Below are positions 52,106 to 63,226 of a stretch of 64,000 nucleotides of DNA, in pieces (position 1 is the first letter of the stretch; each line of letters opens with the position of its first letter). Origin of the DNA: Rhodocyclaceae bacterium. GTDB taxonomy: Bacteria > Pseudomonadota > Gammaproteobacteria > Burkholderiales > Rhodocyclaceae. The notes under the pieces are model-generated. The model was not told the origin of the DNA. It did no database searches and worked only from the letters and a program-made list of their open reading frames with translations. The stretch is taken from NCBI GenBank assembly GCA_041396265.1, contig JAWKYX010000009.1, forward strand, positions 11,251-75,250, written 5' to 3'. Both the position numbers and the translations under genes were made by a program.

Positions 52106-52989
52106 CCCACCCGGCGCTGCAGGCTGACGCCGGCCGGCAGGGCCGCGTCGTCGATGCTGACGGCGTAGTCGGCGAAACTGCGCGGTACTTCCGCCTCGGG
52201 CTTACGTGCGATGCGAATGCGATCGAACAGGTCGTGGGCATGCGCGTTGCCCAACTCGGAATCGTGCTTGAACACGTACAGCCCGCGGGTGGACATCTCA
52301 CCGCGTGCGGCCGAGCGATCATGCTCGAACATGTGCTCCAGCGACTGCCACAGCAGTTCGAGGTCGTCATCGCTGAAACCGGTCTGCCTGGCGAGGAAGG
52401 ATGAGACGAAGCCGTGAGCGACGTAGATGCCGTAGGGCACGGTGTGCTTGCGGCCCATGGTGCGGTTGTCGCCTTCCTGCTTTTCCGCCTCGGCCTCGGT
52501 GGCCACCGCCATGCGGGTGATGGAATGCTCCAGCGCCACGACAGGATCGACCGAGCGAGCGAAGGTCAGCTGCACCGGGCCGCGAACCTGGCCGCAGTTC
52601 ACGCCGGTGGACATCACGGCGCCGAACGTGCGCACGTCGAAGAAATTGGCGCACATCCAGTCGCGAGCCTTGCTCACCGTGTCGCCTTTGCCCTTGCGCT
52701 TCTTGTCTTCGCCTTTCAGTTCGTCCTCGGCACCCACCGACACATAAGCGCGTTCGTGCGTGCGGTTGAGCACGGCCTTTTCCTTCACGTAGATCTCGAA
52801 AGGCGGCTCTTCGCCTTTGACCAGTCCGACGAAGTTGCGGACCTTGCGCTTGAGGGATACGTCGGTGACCAGTCCGTGACCGGATTCGGCATCGAGGCGT
52901 GGCAGGTTGCCGGCGTCCGGGTCGCCATTGGGGTTGCCATCCTTCACATCAAAGACGAGGACGAAGTCGTAGCGGTTGGTGAGTGCCAT
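52102..52989 (-). CDS. cas7: Cas7 (Csd2) backbone, type I-C
   Basis: [45 protein letters not shown]. Confidence 0.97.
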   Translation of the reverse strand: MALTNRYDFVLVFDVKDGNPNGDPDAGNLPRLDAESGHGLVTDVSLKRKVRNFVGLVKGEEPPFEIYVKEKAVLNRTHERAYVSVGAEDELKGEDKKRKGKGDTVSKARDWMCANFFDVRTFGAVMSTGVNCGQVRGPVQLTFARSVDPVVALEHSITRMAVATEAEAEKQEGDNRTMGRKHTVPYGIYVAHGFVSSFLARQTGFSDDDLELLWQSLEHMFEHDRSAARGEMSTRGLYVFKHDSELGNAHAHDLFDRIRIARKPEAEVPRSFADYAVSIDDAALPAGVSLQRRVG

Positions 52990-54734
52990 CAGAGGGTCTC
53001 CTCAAGGGGTTCGGTGGATTCGGCAGGGGTGGATTTGGTGAAGAAGGCCTGGCGCTGGTGGTAGTAGCCGAGGGCGAAGCGGCCCTGATCGGCGAGCGCA
53101 AGGTGTTTCGGGAAGTCGGACAGGCCGTCCATGATTTCGCCGATCGTCTTTTCGAAATTGACGACTCGGCCTGTCGGCAGCTTCTTGAGATGGGCGTTCT
53201 TCAATCGCAGCAGGGTCGTGAATACGGCCACCGGCGTGCTGGAGGCGGCGCCGTAGTAGCGATCGCGGATTGTCGCGTTGAGCCCCGGGCTGGCGGCTTC
53301 CTGGATGCGTTCGAGCACGGCGAAGAGCCGGCCGAGGCGGTAGGCCGGGTTGGCTTGGGTCGGGTCGAGCATGGGGCGATACTCCTTCTCGGAAGTCGGA
53401 TGGCGGGAAGCGGTCTGGCGGATCTGGCGATTGAGGCAGGCCTTGATGGCGGCTGCGCGCAGGGTGTTCACGTGCTGTTCCGCACGGCAGCGCTGAACGG
53501 CTGCGTTGAGCCAAGTGGGCGGAAACGGTACGCCGTCGAGAATCGCGCGCATGATGTCGCCGCCCAGCCGGGGCGGAATGTTGTCGGCCTTGTGCTGTAC
53601 GGCAATGGCCGTGAGCAGGCGGAACAGGCTGGGGAACTCCGGGTCATTCGGTCCGCGCGTAATCGCCAGATCGTCGAACCAGGCGGTGATGCGCCGGGCG
53701 ATCTCGCCCAGCGGTGCCACATGCCAGAAGCGGATCGCGATGCGCGCGGCGTTGGGCGCCAGCCCGAGCACGAAGAAGCGTGTCTCGCCCCGCGTGCCAT
53801 CGAATTTGCCGCTGTGCACCGCTTCGTACAGGGCGCGAACCTCGCCCGTGCGGGCATCGGGGTCGTCACCCTCGCCGAACAGGGTGGCGAAGATGTCTTC
53901 GACCGTGTCGGCCTTCTCGGCCCAGAACACGGTCGAGGCGTCGCCGACCTGGATGCGTTGGCGGGAGCCCTTGGCGAGCAGGTGGTTGAGCGCCGTGGTG
54001 TAGGCGAAGGCGGCGGCGGGGCTGACAGGGGCGTTGGCGCCTTGCTCCTTGCCGAACGAGCGGAAGGCGTCGAGGTTGAAGGACACGATGTTCGCGCCCG
54101 ATGTTTGTGCTCCCCAAACGCCCTTGATGGCGTTGTGCAGCCGCTCGGCGTCGCTGCTGCGGCCAGTCACGAGGCAGATGCCGCTGGCGTCGATCGGTGC
54201 CGTTTCGTGGCTGATGCCGTCGACTACCTCGGGGCGTTGGCACACCAGATCGGTGTCCGGCGCAATGCGAAAGCTCATTAGTGGATTGGTTTCGAGCACC
54301 TCGGGCCAGGCCGGTTGCGAGGCGAGTTCAGCAACGGGGTTGCGGCCGAGAAACGCCAGCACGGCGCGGATGGCCGGATCGTCCTGGGCGGGCAGGGCCT
54401 CGATCCGCTCCCGGAAGGCCGCCCGCTGCTGAACAATGCGCTCGGGCTTGCCCTTGGTGTCGATGCCGACGACGTACTCGGCGGTGTCCCACAGCAGATT
54501 GGCGGCGACGCCCGATGTCTTCTTCACGCCTTGCGGTACGAGAAAACGCGCTGCCACCTTTGTCTTGCCTTCGAGTTGCCGCGTGTCCTTCAGGCCGAGC
54601 AAGGCGCCATCGGCGTCGAGTTCGATGATGAACGGGATCTCCTTGTCCTCGAAGCCATAGGCCGGCAGCCGGCGGGCGGGGTCGGGATTGCGCTGCTTGC
54701 GTTGGTAGTAGTCATGCAATGCCTGAAGAATCAT
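52989..54734 (-). CDS. cas8c: Cas8c (Csd1) large subunit
   Basis: [54 protein letters not shown]. Confidence 0.96.
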   Translation of the reverse strand: MILQALHDYYQRKQRNPDPARRLPAYGFEDKEIPFIIELDADGALLGLKDTRQLEGKTKVAARFLVPQGVKKTSGVAANLLWDTAEYVVGIDTKGKPERIVQQRAAFRERIEALPAQDDPAIRAVLAFLGRNPVAELASQPAWPEVLETNPLMSFRIAPDTDLVCQRPEVVDGISHETAPIDASGICLVTGRSSDAERLHNAIKGVWGAQTSGANIVSFNLDAFRSFGKEQGANAPVSPAAAFAYTTALNHLLAKGSRQRIQVGDASTVFWAEKADTVEDIFATLFGEGDDPDARTGEVRALYEAVHSGKFDGTRGETRFFVLGLAPNAARIAIRFWHVAPLGEIARRITAWFDDLAITRGPNDPEFPSLFRLLTAIAVQHKADNIPPRLGGDIMRAILDGVPFPPTWLNAAVQRCRAEQHVNTLRAAAIKACLNRQIRQTASRHPTSEKEYRPMLDPTQANPAYRLGRLFAVLERIQEAASPGLNATIRDRYYGAASSTPVAVFTTLLRLKNAHLKKLPTGRVVNFEKTIGEIMDGLSDFPKHLALADQGRFALGYYHQRQAFFTKSTPAESTEPLEETL

Positions 54735-55390
54735 CCCCGCACCTCGATGCCGTTGAGGTCGAGCACGCCGTGCTTGATGTTTGCGCGGAAGAAGGTCGGG
54801 CGCGGATCGGCGGGGTTGGAAAAGTCCATGTCGTGGAGCATCCAGCCCAGGTCGCCGTCGACCTCCGCGACCGGTGGCGGGCCAGCCTCGTCCGCGTCGA
54901 TCAGGCGGAATCGGGCGGCGAATTCGCGGCAGCCGAGATAGGGCTGATTGACGCATTGCCCCTTGGAGGCGCGGCGGCGAAACATCTCGGCGTACTTGGC
55001 AGCGGTGTCCTTGGGCGCGCGATCGGGCAGGAATTCCAGCTCCGCATGCAGCCGGTAGGCCACGTCACGCAGGATCAGGCCGGCGCGCTGTTGGCGCTCA
55101 TCCTCCACGTAGAGCGCCAGTTGCCCGCGCCCGGTGTTCATGGCCGTGGTGACGTTACGCGTCGAAATCACAGCGCCGACTTCGTTGCGTCGCACGCTGG
55201 TCCAGCGTACCGGCTTGAGCACTTCGATGCGTCGCACATGCCAGCGGATCGCTGGCTTCCACAGGATGCTCTCGAACACGGCGCGGGCAGCCGACGGCGT
55301 GATGAGGTCGTAGGAGACACGCTCGACTTTCATCTCCGGGCGCGTGAAGCAGGCGAAGTCGCCACCGACTTCGAGGCAGAATCGATTCAT
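54731..55390 (-). CDS. cas5: Cas5c (Cas5d) pre-crRNA processing subunit
   Basis: GDFACFTRPEMKVERVSYD..TPSAAR, QPYLGCREF. Confidence 0.97.
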   Translation of the reverse strand: MNRFCLEVGGDFACFTRPEMKVERVSYDLITPSAARAVFESILWKPAIRWHVRRIEVLKPVRWTSVRRNEVGAVISTRNVTTAMNTGRGQLALYVEDERQQRAGLILRDVAYRLHAELEFLPDRAPKDTAAKYAEMFRRRASKGQCVNQPYLGCREFAARFRLIDADEAGPPPVAEVDGDLGWMLHDMDFSNPADPRPTFFRANIKHGVLDLNGIEVRG

Positions 55391-55416
55391 GGTTTCATTC
55401 CTTGTCTCTCCCGAAT

Positions 55417-57833
55417 TCAAAACACCAGTGCTGCCGGATCGCCCGGCGCCCCTGCCGCATTCGCGCCGAGCACGTCGTCGTAGAACACATCCGAAGCCTG
55501 CACATACAGACCGGGGCATCCGCCGAGTTCCCGGATGTCGCCGCCTGCCAGCAGGCGCTGGATGTCGCGTTGGTACAAGGTGACGCCGTAGCGCTGCAGC
55601 TTGCGCAGCAGGCCGCGGTTCGGCCCGTCGCGCTCGATCTTGCCGACGATGGCGTCGACGTTTTCCGCTGCGTCCGGTCGCCGGTAGTTCACGATCACCG
55701 TGCCGCCGTCGTCGTTGTCGATCAGGCGGAAGGCCTCGGCGGCGTCACGAAAGCGCACCGCGCCGTGGTCGACGCGCAGCATGTCGCAGATGCCGCGGCG
55801 ATCAAGTTGGGCGTCGGCATACAGCTGGCGGAAAAATCGATCGAACAGCGCCAGGCCGAGCGGGTCATCGTTTGTTGTGCTTTGCCAAAGGGTCTTGCAG
55901 GTGTCGCGCGCCTGCCGCAGCAGACCGGGTGGCGCGGCTCGGAGGGCGGCACGAACACGTGCACCTCGCCGCCATCGGCCAGTCGTCCTTCGCGGTTGCA
56001 GCGCCCTGCGGCCTGGGCAATCGAGTCCAGCCCCGCCATGGCACGAAAGACCACGGGGAAGTCGAGATCGACGCCGGCTTCGACCAGTTGGGTGCTGATC
56101 ACGCGCACCGGTGGGGCTGCATCGCCGCGTGCAATCGCCGCGCGGCGTGAGGAGAGAGCGTCCTTGATGCGGGCGATGGTGTCGCTACGGTGCTGCGGGC
56201 ACATCAAGGCCGAGAGGTGGTAGAGGCCGTCGGGTGCGCGGGCCTTGAGCAAGGCGTGCAGGTCGCGCGCATCCTGGCGGTGGTTGACGATGGCGAGCGC
56301 GGCGGGCTGTGCGGCGATCCGGTCGGCGATGGCCGGCCAGTCTTCGCGCAGGTTGAGATCGGTCGGGCGGTGTATCCGGACGCGGCGCAACGCGTCATAG
56401 AGGGCGGGCACGTCGTCGATGATTTCGGTCACCGTGTCTGGGTCGAAGCCGCGCAGGTTCTTGCGCGCGTCAAAGCCTTGTGCGTGGGTCAGCGCCGGCT
56501 GGGTGGCGGTGCACAGCACGAGCGTGACGCCATAGCCCTCCACCAGCAGACGCAGCACGTCGAGCATGGGCTGCAGGAAGTCCACGGGCAGCAGTTGCGC
56601 TTCGTCGAGCACGATGACGCTGCCGACCAGGTTGTGCAGCTTGCGGCAGCGCGAGGTGCGCCGCGCGAACAGGCTTTCGAAGAGTTGGACGTTGGTGGTG
56701 ACGATGACGGGGGCGTCCCAGTTTTCGCAGGCGAGGCGGGAGCGGGCGGTTTCCTGGCGATCGTCGAGTTCGGCGTTGCTGTGGTGTTCGACGACGTTCT
56801 CGTCACCGAGCACGGCGCGGAAGATGTCGGCCGTCTGCTCGATGATGGAGGTGTAGGGAATGGCGTAGATGATCCGGCGCTTTTCATGCTCGGCGGCATG
56901 CCGCAGCGCGAAGCCGAGGCTGGCGAAGGTTTTGCCGCCACCGGTGGGGACGGTCAGCGTGAACACGCCGGACGGGCGAATCGCCTTCTCGCGGCACTGG
57001 CGCAGGACGCTGGCACGCAGGCGATTGACCGGTGTGCCGGCCGCGGCCGCGGTGAGGGTCGCCATGTAGGTGTCAAAGCGTTCCTTCAGGGTGGTGAGTG
57101 CTGCAAAGCCGTTGCGACGTGCGGCCTGGTCGCCATCCATGAAGGCTTCGGTGTCGAGGAAGTCGGCATCGACGAGGCACGAGAACTGCATGCGCAGCCA
57201 CAGTGCGAAGCTGCCGGGGGTGCCTGTTTTGTGGTCGGTGGGTAGATTTACCAGCGAGGGCAATGGCAGGTCGGGGTCCAGCAGCGTGGCAGGCGGTGCC
57301 GCCAGGCGCGTGTCGTGAAGTTCTCGCTGCGCGTCCTCCCCAGCCAGACGCTCGTTGAGGCCCTGGTGCCAGTTGTCGAGCCCGGCGTGGTGGCCGGCGA
57401 TCAGGTAGCTCAGGACATGGGCGACGAATTGTCCGTGCGGTCCGTGGGTCTGTGTCAGATAGTCGCGCGCATGCAAGGCACCAGCGGCCGAATGGGTCTT
57501 GTCCTTGCCGGCGACACGGCCTTCGATGTGGGCGTCGGCATCGTGTGATTGCCGAATGTAGCGTTGAAACCCGCGACGGTACTTGCCCAGGTCATGCCAG
57601 AGGCCTGCAAATGCCAGCCAGTCTGCGGCCATGAATGGATGGCCGAATGCGCTGGCCAGCGTCGACACACTGGTCAGATGGTCGTCGAGTGCGTGGCCGC
57701 TCGTGGTGCCGTCCGAAGCGATGCGCAGGTGGGCCAGGGGGATGTCGATCATGGTCGGCTTGTCGTTCGAGGGATGCGCTGCATTGTCCGCGCCATGAGG
57801 CTCACCGAGTGAGCCCGTCGATTTGTCAGCCAT
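55417..57833 (-). CDS. cas3: Cas3 HD nuclease-helicase, single frameshift near 55935
   Basis: WHDLGK, CLVDADFLDT, PTGGGKT, DEAQ, QAAGRCNREG; C-terminus (PPGLLRQA...FRLID...RKLQRYGV) continues in a shifted frame; alternative start 57752. Confidence 0.93.
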
Positions 57834-58800
57834 AGGCTCTGCTCATCTGCCGCATCTCCTCCGCCACCACCGCCCGCAACCCCGCCGGTCCCAGCACCTC
57901 GCAGTGCCGCCCGTGCTTGAGGATGTCCATCATCAGCTCGCGGTGGTCGGCGTAGGGTATCTCCAGAAGGTAGTGGCCGTCGGCATCGAAACTGCCGCGT
58001 TGGTCGGGATGCCAGTGTTCGGCGGCGACCCAGCGGGCGCGTTCGGGGGAGAAACGCAGGCGGGCGGTCTGGACGGCGGTGCCGGCGAAGATGCCGTAGC
58101 CGGGGCCGAGGATGGTGTCGAGGCGGGCGTCGGGGATGTCGTGGGCGGGGGTTTTGAGCAGGTGGACGTGGCGGATGCTGTCGACGGCGAAGTTGCGCAG
58201 CTCGCTGCGCAGGTGGCACCAGGCGTCGAGGTACCAGTTTTCGCGGTAGTGCACGAGGCGCTGGGGGGAGATGTCGCGCTCGCTTTCTTCGCCCTTGCCG
58301 CGCGCGAAGTAGCGGATGGCCAGGCGTTTGCGCTGCAGCAGGGCGGCGCCGATGGCTTCGAAGTGGGTGAGCTTGGCGCTGCGCTTGCCGATGCCGACGA
58401 TGAGCACGCGCTTGCGCACTTCGTCGGCGGGGTGGCGGGCGGCGCCCATGAGGGCGTTGAGGCGGGCGACCAGCGGGGCGACATGCGGCGCGAGGATGCC
58501 GCCGGGGTCGAGGTTGGCGAGCAGGTGCTGCATGGTGAGCAGGGCGTGGATCTCTTTGTCGGAGAACCACATGCCGGGCAGTTCGATCTGGCTGCCGACG
58601 GTTTGCGTGGGGTCGATGCGGTAGCCGGCCAGTTCGCGATCCCAGACGATGGGGGTGTTCATGGTGTCGCGCAGGAAGGCCAGATCGCGCTTGAGCGTGG
58701 CGGGCGACACTTCGAGTTGATCGAGCAGCATCTGGCGGCTGACGCTGCGCCGCTCATCGAGCAGGCGGCGGATGCGGGCGAGGCGGTCGGTTTGGCTCAT
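57826..58800 (-). CDS. HTH-WYL domain transcriptional regulator (YafY/PafB-like)
   Basis: wHTH LEVSPATLKRDL, ISPQRLVHYRENWYLDAWCH..LRNFAVDSI, C-terminal EVLGPAGLR. Confidence 0.94.
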   Translation of the reverse strand: MSQTDRLARIRRLLDERRSVSRQMLLDQLEVSPATLKRDLAFLRDTMNTPIVWDRELAGYRIDPTQTVGSQIELPGMWFSDKEIHALLTMQHLLANLDPGGILAPHVAPLVARLNALMGAARHPADEVRKRVLIVGIGKRSAKLTHFEAIGAALLQRKRLAIRYFARGKGEESERDISPQRLVHYRENWYLDAWCHLRSELRNFAVDSIRHVHLLKTPAHDIPDARLDTILGPGYGIFAGTAVQTARLRFSPERARWVAAEHWHPDQRGSFDADGHYLLEIPYADHRELMMDILKHGRHCEVLGPAGLRAVVAEEMRQMSRAYG

Positions 58801-58984
58801 GCGCAGGCTCGTCGGACGAGAACGCAAAGCTTATCGGGTATTTGCAGAATTCACAGTGGTTATGCATCAAGATTTGCCGATGACGGCCGTGTGACATCGG
58901 CGCGCGCAGATGCCGCGTCCTTGGGCAGGGTCGTGGACATGGGCGCGAGCGATTCGCTGCCGCCTCGGTGGGGCGGCGGCGGGG

Positions 58985-59776
58985 TCAGGCGTGGCGCAGC
59001 GAGTGGCCCAGGCGCTGCGAGATTTCGCGGGCGCAGGCCATCAGGCGGGTGGCGATGGGGCCGTCCCAGGCGGGGTCGAAGCTGTTGGCCGGGCCCATCG
59101 CGGTGAGCGCCAGGGTGAGGTGGTTGCCGCTGTCGAAGACCGGGGCGGAGAAGGCGTTGATGCCGGGGATCGGGTTGCCCAGTGCGCGTGCCAGGCCGTG
59201 CTGGCGGATCTCGGCGATGGTTTCGTCCACATGGCGGCGTGACTGGCGCAGGGCGGGCTGTTCGGCGCCGCTGAGCTGGGCCAGTTCGCTCTCGACCAGC
59301 GGGCGGGTGATGCGCTCGGGCAGGAAGGCGGCGAACAGGCGGCCGGTGGCCGAGGACATGAGCGGCGTCATGACCGTGCCGGGGCGCATGTTCACATGGA
59401 TGGGGCGGTTGCACTCCTCGATGCGCACGATGGTCGGGCCGCGGTTGCCCCACACCGCGATGGCGATGTTGAGCTGCAGGTCGTCGGCCAGCTGGGCGAC
59501 GGCGGGGGTGGCGGCGCGCAGCGGCTCGACCTGTTCGAGAGCCGACAGGCCCAGTTGCAGCGAGAAGGCGCCCAGGCCGTAGCGGCCGGTGGCGGCGTCC
59601 TGTTCGATCAGACCGAGCTTGCAGAAGCTGACCAGGTAGGGATGGGCCTTGGCTGGCGGCATGCCGGCCTCGCGCGCCAGGTCGCGCAGCATCATGGGAG
59701 CGCCGTGGCGCGCCAGCGCCTGCAGCAGCGTGCCGCCGACTTCGATCGACTGGATGCCCCGGCGATCACGTTCCAT
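58985..59776 (-). CDS. IclR-family transcriptional regulator
   Basis: GIQSIEVG, AKAHPYLVS, SSATGRLF, AFSAPVFD. Confidence 0.92.
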   Translation of the reverse strand: MERDRRGIQSIEVGGTLLQALARHGAPMMLRDLAREAGMPPAKAHPYLVSFCKLGLIEQDAATGRYGLGAFSLQLGLSALEQVEPLRAATPAVAQLADDLQLNIAIAVWGNRGPTIVRIEECNRPIHVNMRPGTVMTPLMSSATGRLFAAFLPERITRPLVESELAQLSGAEQPALRQSRRHVDETIAEIRQHGLARALGNPIPGINAFSAPVFDSGNHLTLALTAMGPANSFDPAWDGPIATRLMACAREISQRLGHSLRHA

Positions 59777-59978
59777 GGGTGGATGCCTTCCGTGTTTTTG
59801 GCGGCATCTTAGCAGTTTTCGGGCAAAAAACCGGGGCCTGCCGCCGGGATGGAAGTTTGCTATTAACAAAACGATTGACTAATAACGAATCGAAAACTAG
59901 GATGCAGATGTCGCGGTCAACCGGATGCCTGCATCCGTTTCGATTGACCCGCCCCACCCCAAGATCACGGAGTGCCCC

Positions 59979-60944
59979 ATGAACACCAAAGTCTTCGCCT
60001 CCCAGGCCGACCTGGAAGAGAAAAAAACCACCTTCGAACAACTGTCCGCCCACTGCTGGGCCTACACCGCCGAGGGCGACCCCAACACCGGCGTGATCAT
60101 CACCGACGAGGCGGTGCTGATCTGCGACACGCTGGCCACGCCGGTGATGGCGCAGCGCCTGATCGCCGAGATCCGCAAGGTCAGCGCCGCGCCGATCAAG
60201 TACGTGGTGCTGTCGCACTACCACGCGGTGCGCGTGCTCGGCGCCTCGGGCTACAAGGCCGAGGGCATGGAGCAGATCATCGCCAGCCAGGGCACCTACG
60301 AGATGATCGTCGAGCGCGGTGAGCAGGACATGAAGTCGGAATACGAGCGCTTCCCGCGCCTGTTCCAGAACTTTGACTCGGTGCCGGGCCTGACCTGGCC
60401 GACGCTGGTCTTCAAGGACGCGATGACGCTGTGGATGGGCAAGCTGGAAGTGCAGATCCTGCACCTCGGCCCCGGCCACACCAAGGGCGACACCGTGGTG
60501 TGGGTGCCGAGCGAGCAGGTGCTGTTCTCGGGCGACCTGGTCGAGTGCGACGCCGCCTGCTACACCGGCGACGCCCAGCTCGAAGAATGGCCCGCCACGC
60601 TGGACGCGATTGCCGCGCTCAAGCCGCAGGCGGTGGTGCCGGGCCGCGGCCCCGCGCTGACCACGCCGGAAAAGGTGGCCGAAGGCCTGGCCTACACCCG
60701 CGATTTCGTCACCACGCTGTACAGCTCGGCCAAGGAAGCGGCCGCCCAGGGCATGGACCTGAAGGCCGCCATGGCGCTGATCCGTCAGCAGATGGATCCG
60801 AAGTTCGCCCAGGTGTTCATCTACGAGCACTGCCTGCCCTTCGACGTGACCCGTGCGGTCGACGAGGCCAGCGGCATCAAGCATCCGCGCATCTGGACCG
60901 CCGAGCGCGACCAGGAAATGTGGCACGCGTTGCAGGCGGACTGA
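59979..60944 (+). CDS. MBL-fold metallo-hydrolase
   Basis: LSHYHAVR variant metal motif, GHTKGD, FSGDL, VPGRG. Confidence 0.88.
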   Translation: MNTKVFASQADLEEKKTTFEQLSAHCWAYTAEGDPNTGVIITDEAVLICDTLATPVMAQRLIAEIRKVSAAPIKYVVLSHYHAVRVLGASGYKAEGMEQIIASQGTYEMIVERGEQDMKSEYERFPRLFQNFDSVPGLTWPTLVFKDAMTLWMGKLEVQILHLGPGHTKGDTVVWVPSEQVLFSGDLVECDAACYTGDAQLEEWPATLDAIAALKPQAVVPGRGPALTTPEKVAEGLAYTRDFVTTLYSSAKEAAAQGMDLKAAMALIRQQMDPKFAQVFIYEHCLPFDVTRAVDEASGIKHPRIWTAERDQEMWHALQAD

Positions 60945-60949
60945 ACCCC

Positions 60950-60995
60950 GTAGGGCGGGTTTCAACCCGCCATGGCCGGCTGAAGCCGGCCCTAC
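60950..60995. repeat. REP doublet (REPIN-like)
   Basis: GTAGGGCGGGTTTCAACCCGCC + GGCCGGCTGAAGCCGGCCCTAC; inverse arrangement of 42203-42248. Confidence 0.78.
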
Positions 60996-61114
60996 GTAAC
61001 CGAACAGACTACTGAACAACCCCTGGCGGCCCCGGCGGGCCGCCCGATCCTCAAGCCGGCAGCGCAGCGAACAGACCGGCCGAGATCCCAGATTTGTCCA
61101 AAGGAGGACGCAAC

Positions 61115-62788
61115 GTGTTGAGCATGTACAAGTATCCGAAGTTCGAATACCGCAAGCCGGCGGAGCTGGCCGCGGGTGAGAACGGCGTGCCGGGTCGCTA
61201 CCCGGTGGTGGTGGTCGGTGCAGGCCCGGTGGGCCTGGCGGCGGCGATCGACCTGGCCATCCAGGGCCAGAAAGTGGTGGTGCTCGACAATGACGACACC
61301 GTGTCGATCGGCTCGCGCGGCGTGTGCTATGCCAAGCGTGCGCTGGAGGTGCTCGACCGCCTCGGCTGCGGCGACGAGATGGTGGACAAGGGCGTGTCGT
61401 GGAACGTCGGCCGCACCTTCTTCCGAGAGGAAGAGGTGTTCAACTTCAACCTCTGTCCCGAGCCGGACCATCACCGCCCGGGCATGATCAACCTCCAGCA
61501 GTACTACCTCGAGGAGTACCTGGTGAAGCGCGCCGAGGCGGTGGGCGTCGAGCTGCGCTGGAAGAGCACCGTGATCGCCGTCAATCCGGGCGAGGACAGC
61601 ACCGCGCTGCGCGTCGAGACGCCCGACGGCGTCTACAACATCGACACCGACTGGCTGATCGTCGCCGACGGCGCGCGTTCCAGCATCCGCACCATGATGG
61701 GCCTGGACATCGAAGGCAAGATCTTCATGGACCGCTTCCTGATTGCTGACGTGGTGATGAAGGCCGACTTCCCGACCGAGCGCTGGTTCTGGTTCGACCC
61801 GCCCTTCCACCGCAATCAGTCGGTGCTGCTGCACCGCCAGGCCGACAACGTGTTCCGCATCGACTTCCAGCTGGGCTGGAACGTGGACCCCGAGGTCGAG
61901 AAAAAGCCCGAGAACGTGATCCCGCGCATCAAGGCCATGCTTGGCGACGACCGCGAGTTCGACCTGGAATGGGTCAGCGTGTACACCTTCCAGTGCCGCC
62001 GCATGCACAGCTTCCGCCACGGCCGCGTGCTGTTCGTCGGCGATGCCGCGCACCAGGTCTCGCCCTTCGGCGCGCGCGGCGCCAACTCCGGCATCCAGGA
62101 CACCGACAACCTGGCCTGGAAGCTCAAGCTCGTCATGGACGGCAAGGCCCCGGCCGCGCTGCTCGACACCTACTCCGAAGAGCGCGTGTTCGCCGCCGAT
62201 GAAAACCTGATGAACTCGACCCGCTCGACCGATTTCATCACCCCCAAGAGCACCACCAGCAAGACCTTCCGCAACGCCGTGCTGGGCCTGGCCGAGCACT
62301 ACACCTTTGCCCGCGCGCTGGTGAATTCCGGTCGCCTGTCGGTGCCCGCCGTGCTCACCGAGTCCAGCCTCAACACGGCGGATGCCGAGGCCTTTGCCGG
62401 CAACATGGTGCCCGGCGCGCCCATGGACGACGCCCCCATCGAGACCGACACCGGCGAGCCCTGGCTGCTCAATGTGCTCGGCAACCGCTTCCAGCTGCTC
62501 TATTTCATTGAGGATGCCGGCACGCTCGACGCCGCCACCGCCCACACGCTCGCCGCGCTCGGCGAGGGCAGCATCCCGGTGCAGGCCCTCGTGGTGGCGC
62601 GCACCGGCATGGCCCCGGCCGGCCTCAAGACGCTGACCGACAGCCGCGGGCGCATCGCCGAGCGCTACGACGGCCAGCCCGGCACCTGCTACCTCGCCCG
62701 TCCCGACCAGCATGTGGCTGCCCGCTGGCGCGCCCTCGACCCGGCCGCCGTGCAGCGCGCCGTGGCCGTGGCCACCTGCAACGCCTGA
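61115..62788 (+). CDS. FAD-dependent aromatic monooxygenase (MhpA/MhaA-like)
   Basis: GAGPVG, ADGARS, GDAAHQVSPFGARGANSG, RPDQHV; AGGAGG RBS before GTG. Confidence 0.9.
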   Translation: MLSMYKYPKFEYRKPAELAAGENGVPGRYPVVVVGAGPVGLAAAIDLAIQGQKVVVLDNDDTVSIGSRGVCYAKRALEVLDRLGCGDEMVDKGVSWNVGRTFFREEEVFNFNLCPEPDHHRPGMINLQQYYLEEYLVKRAEAVGVELRWKSTVIAVNPGEDSTALRVETPDGVYNIDTDWLIVADGARSSIRTMMGLDIEGKIFMDRFLIADVVMKADFPTERWFWFDPPFHRNQSVLLHRQADNVFRIDFQLGWNVDPEVEKKPENVIPRIKAMLGDDREFDLEWVSVYTFQCRRMHSFRHGRVLFVGDAAHQVSPFGARGANSGIQDTDNLAWKLKLVMDGKAPAALLDTYSEERVFAADENLMNSTRSTDFITPKSTTSKTFRNAVLGLAEHYTFARALVNSGRLSVPAVLTESSLNTADAEAFAGNMVPGAPMDDAPIETDTGEPWLLNVLGNRFQLLYFIEDAGTLDAATAHTLAALGEGSIPVQALVVARTGMAPAGLKTLTDSRGRIAERYDGQPGTCYLARPDQHVAARWRALDPAAVQRAVAVATCNA

Positions 62789-62799
62789 GGAGACCGACC

Positions 62800-63024
62800 A
62801 TGGCCCTGACCACCACCCCCAACTTCGCCGAACCCGGCAAGCGCTATTTCCATGCCTTCACGCCGGGCGACGACTTCTACGAAGCCCTCATCGAGACCCA
62901 TCGTGACCTCACCGACGAGCAGTCGGCCATGCTCAACGCCCGCCTGATCCTGCTGCTGTCCAACCATATTGGAGACATCAGCGTGCTCAAGGAGGCGATG
63001 GCCATCGCACGTGAAGGCGTCTGA
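62800..63024 (+). CDS. DUF2783 small protein (MhaB-like coupling subunit)
   Basis: DDFYEALIETHRDLTDEQSAMLNARLILLLSNHIGD. Confidence 0.85.
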   Translation: MALTTTPNFAEPGKRYFHAFTPGDDFYEALIETHRDLTDEQSAMLNARLILLLSNHIGDISVLKEAMAIAREGV

Positions 63025-63044
63025 GGCATTGCGTGGCACGGATT

Positions 63045-63074
63045 GCGGCGGGCTTCGGCCCGCCGTCTTTTTTT
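63045..63074 (+). terminator. Rho-independent terminator
   Basis: GCGGCGGGC-TTCG-GCCCGCCGT followed by a T-run. Confidence 0.8.
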
Positions 63075-63226
63075 GACCCTTGCCCAGGACGGCCCGCACG
63101 GCCCGTTCGTCGCAGCACACCGCGCCGAAAGCACCGCCCAGCCTTGATTCCATCGGTCGAACGGGGTAAGTTCGCCGGCAGTCGCCGTGGGCTTTTCCGG
63201 CGTCGCATCGCAAGGAAAACGAAGGC

